This document shows, one piece after another, positions 27,376-32,000 of a stretch of 32,000 nucleotides of DNA. The stretch is taken from the NCBI GenBank assembly GCA_964353725.1, contig CAYGVX010000001.1, forward strand, positions 50,129-82,128, given 5' to 3'. Every line of letters starts with the position of its first letter. The first letter of the stretch is position 1. Under the pieces are notes generated by a model. The model was not told the origin of the DNA, searched no databases, and worked only from the letters and a program-made list of their open reading frames with translations. A program made the position numbers and the translations under genes. The stretch comes from an uncultured Candidatus Bathyarchaeia archaeon. GTDB lineage: Archaea; Thermoproteota; Bathyarchaeia; Bathyarchaeales; SOJC01.

Positions 27376-27396
27376 GAGGGGGAGACCCGCAAAGCA

Positions 27397-28683
27397 ATGT
27401 CCACACAGATAAGAAAGATAATGGCGCGCAAAATATTCAACAGCCGGGGGGAAGAAACGATAGAAGTGGACATCATGACCCAATCTGGTTTTGGGAGAGC
27501 CGCCGCTCCTGCGGGAGCGAGCAAGGGTTTGGCAGAAGTTGTGTATTACCCGAAAGGCGGCGTCGACGCCGCTGTGAAAGCCGTGGAGAAACTGATAGCT
27601 CCCAAGCTAGTCGGCGTAGAAACGAACCAGCAGGAAGAAATCGACTCCCTTCTCCACGAAATCGATGGAACAGAAAGCTTCTCGACAGTGGGCGGAAACA
27701 CCGCCTATGCCGTGTCTCTGTGTGCAGCGAAAGCAACGGCAGACTCAAACCACGTTCTTCTGTATGAATACCTAGGAGGCTACCTTGCCTACGAACTTCC
27801 GTTCCCCTTGGGAAACGTCTTGAGCGGAGGCAAACACGCCCACGGCAGGGCACCAGACATACAGGAATTTCTGATTTTGCCGATTCACGCAAAGTCCTTC
27901 TGGGACGCCGCGAAGGCCAACGTCACATTTCACAAGAAGGTAGGCGACATCCTCAGAAAGACCAAGAAGACTTTTACGAGCGGAAAAAGCGACGAAGGCG
28001 CTTGGGTCGCAGACATAAACAACGATGAAGCCATGAGGCTCATGGCACGGGCGTGTAAGGAGGTTTCTGAAAGCTTGGGTTTTGAGTGTAGAGTAGGAGT
28101 TGACATCGCCGCCTCGTCGCTCTGGAACTCGAAAAAAGGACGCTACGTATATTCTCATGAGCAAATCGAGAGGACACCCGAAGAGCAAGCAGAATATGCT
28201 CTGGGTTTGATAGACGAGTACAGGTTAATCTACGTTGAAGACCCCTTCCACGAAGAGGATTTTGAGAGCTTTGTGTGGCTGACAGAAAAGGCTGGCAACT
28301 GCCTAATCTGCGGCGACGACCTGTTCGTCACAAACGTTAAGCGCCTAGAGCATGGAATCAAAGAAGGCGCCGCAAACTCGGTGATAATAAAACCCAACCA
28401 GATAGGGACACTCACAGACGCTTGGGAAGCGGCAAAAACTGCCCGAGAGGCGCTCTATGCGCCCGTGGTGTCCCACAGGTCGGGCGACACGGTGAACGCG
28501 GAGATCTCTCATCTAGCAGTTGCTTTTCACTGCCCCATCATCAAGACGGGCGTGATTGAAGGAGCCAGAATCGCAAAAATCAACGAGCTCATCAGAATTG
28601 AAGACACCCTCGGAAAAAGGGCGAAGATGGCTGAAATCCCACTCAAGGAGGAAAGTTCCGTTGTCAGAAAAAGAAGACGTTGA
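27397..28683 (+). CDS. eno: Enolase (divergent archaeal type)
   Basis: 'IRKIMARKIFNSRGEETIEVDI', 'GNVLSGGKHAHGRAPDIQEFLI', 'IYVEDPFHEEDFESF', 'CGDDLFVTNVKRLEHGI', 'VIIKPNQIGTLTDA', 'VVSHRSGDTVNAEISHLAVAF', 'IIKTGVIEGARIAKINELIRIE'. Confidence 0.88.
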   Translation: MSTQIRKIMARKIFNSRGEETIEVDIMTQSGFGRAAAPAGASKGLAEVVYYPKGGVDAAVKAVEKLIAPKLVGVETNQQEEIDSLLHEIDGTESFSTVGGNTAYAVSLCAAKATADSNHVLLYEYLGGYLAYELPFPLGNVLSGGKHAHGRAPDIQEFLILPIHAKSFWDAAKANVTFHKKVGDILRKTKKTFTSGKSDEGAWVADINNDEAMRLMARACKEVSESLGFECRVGVDIAASSLWNSKKGRYVYSHEQIERTPEEQAEYALGLIDEYRLIYVEDPFHEEDFESFVWLTEKAGNCLICGDDLFVTNVKRLEHGIKEGAANSVIIKPNQIGTLTDAWEAAKTAREALYAPVVSHRSGDTVNAEISHLAVAFHCPIIKTGVIEGARIAKINELIRIEDTLGKRAKMAEIPLKEESSVVRKRRR

Positions 28684-29347
28684 GAAAACCGAGAAAACAG
28701 ATCTGCCTCAAGAAAGCGTAGAGGAATTTGAAATCGGAGAAGAAGAGCTTCTATTGCCAAGAGATGTGCTGCTGTCGGCGGGCATCCACATCGGCACTCG
28801 GATGAAAACGAAAGACATGAACCCGTTCATCTACCGTGTAAGACCCGACGGTCTGTTCGTGTTAGACGTTAAGAAGACAGACGAACGAATACGCGTCGCA
28901 GCCAAGTTCCTCTCAAGGTTCGAACCCGCAAAAATAGCCGTAATCGCAGGCAGACTCTACGCACGCTACCCCGCACAGAAATTCAGCGAAGTAACGAAGG
29001 CAACCCCAGTCGCCGGACGCTTCATTCCCGGGCTATTATCCAACCCTCTATACCCTCGTCACATCGAACCCAATGTCATTATAGTCTCTGACCCGAAAGC
29101 CGATGCCCAAGCAGTCAAAGAAGCCGGAGTCATGGGCATACCTGTCGTAGCGCTATGCAGCACTGACAACGACTTTGCGGGAGTAGACTTGGTGATTCCC
29201 ACGAATAACAAGGGAAGAAGAGCATTGGCAGTGATCTACTGGATGCTTGTTAGACAGATTCTCCGCGAAAAGGGAGAGCTACCTCCCGACAAGGACATGG
29301 GCCAGTCCATCGACGATTTCGAGGCAAAGGTAACCCGAGAAGAATAG
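28661..29347 (+). CDS. rps2: Ribosomal protein S2
   Basis: 'LLSAGIHIGTRMKTKDMNPFIYRVRPDGLFVLDVKKTDERIRVAAKFL...FIPGLLSNP...EPNVIIVSDPKADAQAVKEA'. TTG 28661 preceded by 'aaggaggaaag'; track opens at 28556 inside enolase. Confidence 0.93.
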   Translation: MSEKEDVEKTEKTDLPQESVEEFEIGEEELLLPRDVLLSAGIHIGTRMKTKDMNPFIYRVRPDGLFVLDVKKTDERIRVAAKFLSRFEPAKIAVIAGRLYARYPAQKFSEVTKATPVAGRFIPGLLSNPLYPRHIEPNVIIVSDPKADAQAVKEAGVMGIPVVALCSTDNDFAGVDLVIPTNNKGRRALAVIYWMLVRQILREKGELPPDKDMGQSIDDFEAKVTREE

Positions 29348-29361
29348 CTGAGGCAAACGGG

Positions 29362-30207
29362 TTGAAGATAAGGAGACCCGCCCAAGCCGGAAGCTTCTAC
29401 GCTGGAACCGCAAGCTCCTTGAAGGGGCAGATAGAAGAATGCTTCAGACACAAGCTAGGTCCCGGAAAAACTCCAACAGTGCAGAAAGGTCCAAGAAACA
29501 TCGTGGGGCTCGTCTGCCCACACGCCGGCTACATGTACTCAGGTCCAGTGGCCGCCCACTCCTACTACAATCTGGCGATTGACGGCAAACCAGATGTCTT
29601 TGTCATCTTCGGCCCAAACCACACTGGTGAAGGCAGTGGCTTGTCAGTCATGAAGGAAGGGATCTGGCGGACGCCCCTCGGAGACGTGCAAATCGACGAG
29701 TCAACGGCAGACGAGATTTTGCGCAACTCGAAGATTATCGATGTAGACGACTCGGCTCACAAGTACGAGCACTCCATTGAGGTTCAACTTCCTTTTCTTC
29801 AGTATCTCTATGGTTCTGCCTTCAAGATTGTGCCAATAGGTTTTCTTATGCAGGATCTAGAATCCAGTCGAGATGTAGGCCAAGCAGTGGCAAAGGCTAC
29901 AGTTGGAAAGAACGTGGCAATAATCGCTTCCACAGATATGACTCATTATGAACCTCATGAAGTGGCTGAAAAGAAAGACAAGATAGCACTCAGCGCCTTG
30001 GAAGAACTGGATGAAAAGACGTTCTATTCCACTGTTGAAAGCTATCGCATAACTGCTTGCGGGTATGGCCCTGTTGTGGCGTTGGTTACTGCAGCAAAGA
30101 TTCTCGGAGCCAAGAAAGGTCGAGTGCTTTGTTACAAAACAAGTGGTGACGTTACAGGAGATTATTCAGCAGTAGTCGGTTACGCCTCAGTCGCAATCAC
30201 AAAATAG
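29362..30207 (+). CDS. MEMO1 family protein (AmmeMemoRadiSam system protein B-like)
   Basis: 'RRPAQAGSFYAGTASSLKGQIEECF', 'GLVCPHAGYMYSGPVAAHSYYNL', 'VIFGPNHTGEGSGLSVM', 'HSIEVQLPFLQYLYG', 'IIASTDMTHYEPH'. Confidence 0.92.
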   Translation: MKIRRPAQAGSFYAGTASSLKGQIEECFRHKLGPGKTPTVQKGPRNIVGLVCPHAGYMYSGPVAAHSYYNLAIDGKPDVFVIFGPNHTGEGSGLSVMKEGIWRTPLGDVQIDESTADEILRNSKIIDVDDSAHKYEHSIEVQLPFLQYLYGSAFKIVPIGFLMQDLESSRDVGQAVAKATVGKNVAIIASTDMTHYEPHEVAEKKDKIALSALEELDEKTFYSTVESYRITACGYGPVVALVTAAKILGAKKGRVLCYKTSGDVTGDYSAVVGYASVAITK

Positions 30208-30364
30208 AATTACTCATGCAGGTGGAAGCAATCCTTCCGCTGCAGTGGGCTACAAGTCTACCTCATCAATTAGCAGTTGGGCGGTTGAAGCGACTTTTTT
30301 ATGCTCTCGCGCTTACTACTGAAGAAATGTTTTATTTGTTTCTTTGCGATAATTCCTTCTGAGA

Positions 30365-31363
30365 GTGGTTCCAATAGGAAGAGGTTCCGGCTTCGGAAAA
30401 GTCATCCTGTTCAACGAACACTTCGTTGTTTATGGTATTCCGGGGATTGCTTCTGCAATTGATTCAATAGCTTACGCAGAAGCAAGAAAAACCGGAGAAG
30501 GAATAATAGTACGAGATGAAAGAAAAGGCGCAACAGGATATACCGAGAAGAAGAAGATTCAGCAAAAAGACTCGATAGAACGAATGCTCAAAGCAATGGG
30601 CTTTAGCATGGAAAGAGTCTCCTTAGAGATTTCGCTAGGAGGAAACCTTCCAAGTTTCAGCGGAATCGGTGCCTCTGCTGCGAGCAGTGTTGCGATTGCC
30701 AGAGCCATAGCAGAGGAGTTTAAATTAGATTTGTCCGACAAAGAAGTCAATGATATCGCCTATGAAGCTGAGAAAGCCTACGCTGGAACTCCTTCAGGCA
30801 TCGATAATACTGCAGCAACCTATGGAGGATTAATTTGGTTCAAAAGAGCTCTGTGCGGAGTACCAAACACAATCGAGAAATTGAGTATAAAGGAACCGAT
30901 TGAAATTGTCATAGGCAACGCAGGAATTGTGGCTGACACTAAAGCAATGGTGGCTGGGGTTGCAGCAAGAAAGAAGAAGAATCCTGAAAAATACGATAGG
31001 CTGTGTAAGCAAGCTGAAGAATTGGCTATTACAGCAAGGAAAGCCTTGGAAGATTTTGACTTGAGAGAGGTTGGGGAGTTGATGAACGAAAATCATCTCC
31101 AACTGAAGGGAATTGAAGTTTCATGTGAAGAGCTAGATTATTTGGTGAGCTTAGCTCGAGAGAAAGGAGCATTCGGAGCGAAACTCACGGGCGGTGGTGG
31201 GGGAGGTTGCATTGTAGCATTGACTCCAGGGAGGACACTGCAGGAGAAAGTTGCAACAGCAATCGAAAATGAAGGATTCAAGGTGTTGAGAACGAAAATC
31301 GGATGCAGAAAAAATAAAGAAAAATCAGACCCATCAAGAAGGAGGGAGCAGATTGGGGTTTAG
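30365..31363 (+). CDS. mvk: Mevalonate kinase (GHMP kinase)
   Basis: 'GFGKVILFNEHFVVYGIPGIASAI', 'LPSFSGIGASAASSVAIARAIAEEF', 'GTPSGIDNTAATYGGLI', 'GAKLTGGGGGGCIVAL'. Confidence 0.92.
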   Translation: MVPIGRGSGFGKVILFNEHFVVYGIPGIASAIDSIAYAEARKTGEGIIVRDERKGATGYTEKKKIQQKDSIERMLKAMGFSMERVSLEISLGGNLPSFSGIGASAASSVAIARAIAEEFKLDLSDKEVNDIAYEAEKAYAGTPSGIDNTAATYGGLIWFKRALCGVPNTIEKLSIKEPIEIVIGNAGIVADTKAMVAGVAARKKKNPEKYDRLCKQAEELAITARKALEDFDLREVGELMNENHLQLKGIEVSCEELDYLVSLAREKGAFGAKLTGGGGGGCIVALTPGRTLQEKVATAIENEGFKVLRTKIGCRKNKEKSDPSRRREQIGV

Positions 31364-32000
31364 AGGTTTCTTGAAACAACTTGATGAAAAAGGAGAGTTA
31401 ACACGAATAAGAGAGGAAGTCTCGACCGAGTACGAACTCGCGGGAATAATAGATGCTCTCGGTGAAAAACCTGTATTCTTTGAGAAAGTGAAAGAGTCTA
31501 ACATCCCTGTTGTAGCTGGTCTCGTTTCTTCAAAAGAGCTGGTCGCCAGAGCTTTGAATTTGGATAGAGGACAATTGTTGCATAAACTATCCTACGCGAT
31601 AAAGGAGCCTTTTCCAACCCCCGACGTTGTGAAAAACGGTGAATGTCAACAAAACGTCGAGAAAAACGTTGATCTGACAAAGCTTCCAATAATGAAGTAC
31701 ACAGAAAAGGACGGTGGGAAGTATGTGGCGTCCGCTGTAGCCATAGTGAAAGACCCTGAATTGGGTAGAAACATGTGCTTCCATAGGCTGATGCTGTTGG
31801 ATAGAAACAAGTTCGTTGCCAGAATCGTTGAAGACAGAGGCACGCACACGGCCTTGCAAAAATCTGGTGGTGAACTTGAGATAGCGATGTGTATCGGAAA
31901 CTCACCCGCCGTTCTTCTCGCAGCTTCCACTTCTCTGCCAAAAGGCGTGGACGAATTAGGAATGGCTAATGTTTTAGAGAAAACGGAGCTGGTGAAATGT
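31353..32000 (+). CDS. UbiD-family decarboxylase, 5' part only (runs off window)
   Basis: Frame from TTG 31353: 'LGFRGFLKQLDEKGELTRIREEVSTEYELAGIIDALGEKPVFFEKVKESNIPVVAGLVSSKELVARAL...' then 'GKYVASAVAIVKDPELGRNMCFHRLMLLDRNKFVARIVEDRGTHTAL...', UbiD-like; overlaps the mvk stop. Confidence 0.85.
   Translation, partial: MGFRGFLKQLDEKGELTRIREEVSTEYELAGIIDALGEKPVFFEKVKESNIPVVAGLVSSKELVARALNLDRGQLLHKLSYAIKEPFPTPDVVKNGECQQNVEKNVDLTKLPIMKYTEKDGGKYVASAVAIVKDPELGRNMCFHRLMLLDRNKFVARIVEDRGTHTALQKSGGELEIAMCIGNSPAVLLAASTSLPKGVDELGMANVLEKTELVKC

Noticed and set aside
1-32000. CRISPR arrays, IS elements, toxin-antitoxin or classical defence genes
   Set aside because: Read for regularly spaced repeats, transposase/integrase motifs and defence nucleases; none seen. 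tRNA/rRNA also not found, though small C/D-box RNAs cannot be excluded without a covariance search.

Overview
This window is a gene-dense archaeal chromosome segment, probably from a deep TACK/Bathyarchaeia-like lineage (inferred from gene content only). Plus strand: coiled-coil protein, DUF373 membrane protein, cis-prenyltransferase (uppS), asparagine-synthase-like protein, HDAC-family hydrolase, rpoB, unsplit rpoA (A'+A''), L30e, NusA-like, then S13-S4-S11-rpoD-L18e-L13-S9-rpoN-enolase-S2-MEMO-mevalonate kinase-UbiD-like (cut by the window edge). Minus strand: adenylosuccinate lyase, a small 2x[4Fe-4S] ferredoxin, a secreted/membrane coiled-coil protein, a DUF2095-like protein, and a tight four-gene redox operon (polyferredoxin - HdrC - HdrB - HdrA fused to an MvhD-like domain). 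I see no CRISPR array, transposon, toxin/antitoxin or obvious defence island, and I do not claim a wholly new system. The best leads are: (1) rpoN has no ATG/GTG/TTG start where the conserved N-terminus begins (ACG ATA ATC CCT), and the supplied ORF track truncates it past its first zinc-ligand pair; (2) the HdrA-MvhD fusion operon with a six-motif polyferredoxin and an unusual Pro/Lys-rich HdrC extension; (3) an asparagine-synthase-like protein lacking the glutaminase nucleophile Cys; (4) a mevalonate kinase/UbiD-like pair consistent with the archaeal anhydromevalonate branch of isoprenoid synthesis; (5) a small dockerin/EF-hand-like coding remnant missed by the ORF track; (6) a divergent enolase-like protein in the ribosomal operon, and ribosomal/RNAP clusters lacking rpoH, rpoK and rps12/rps7 at their usual positions.
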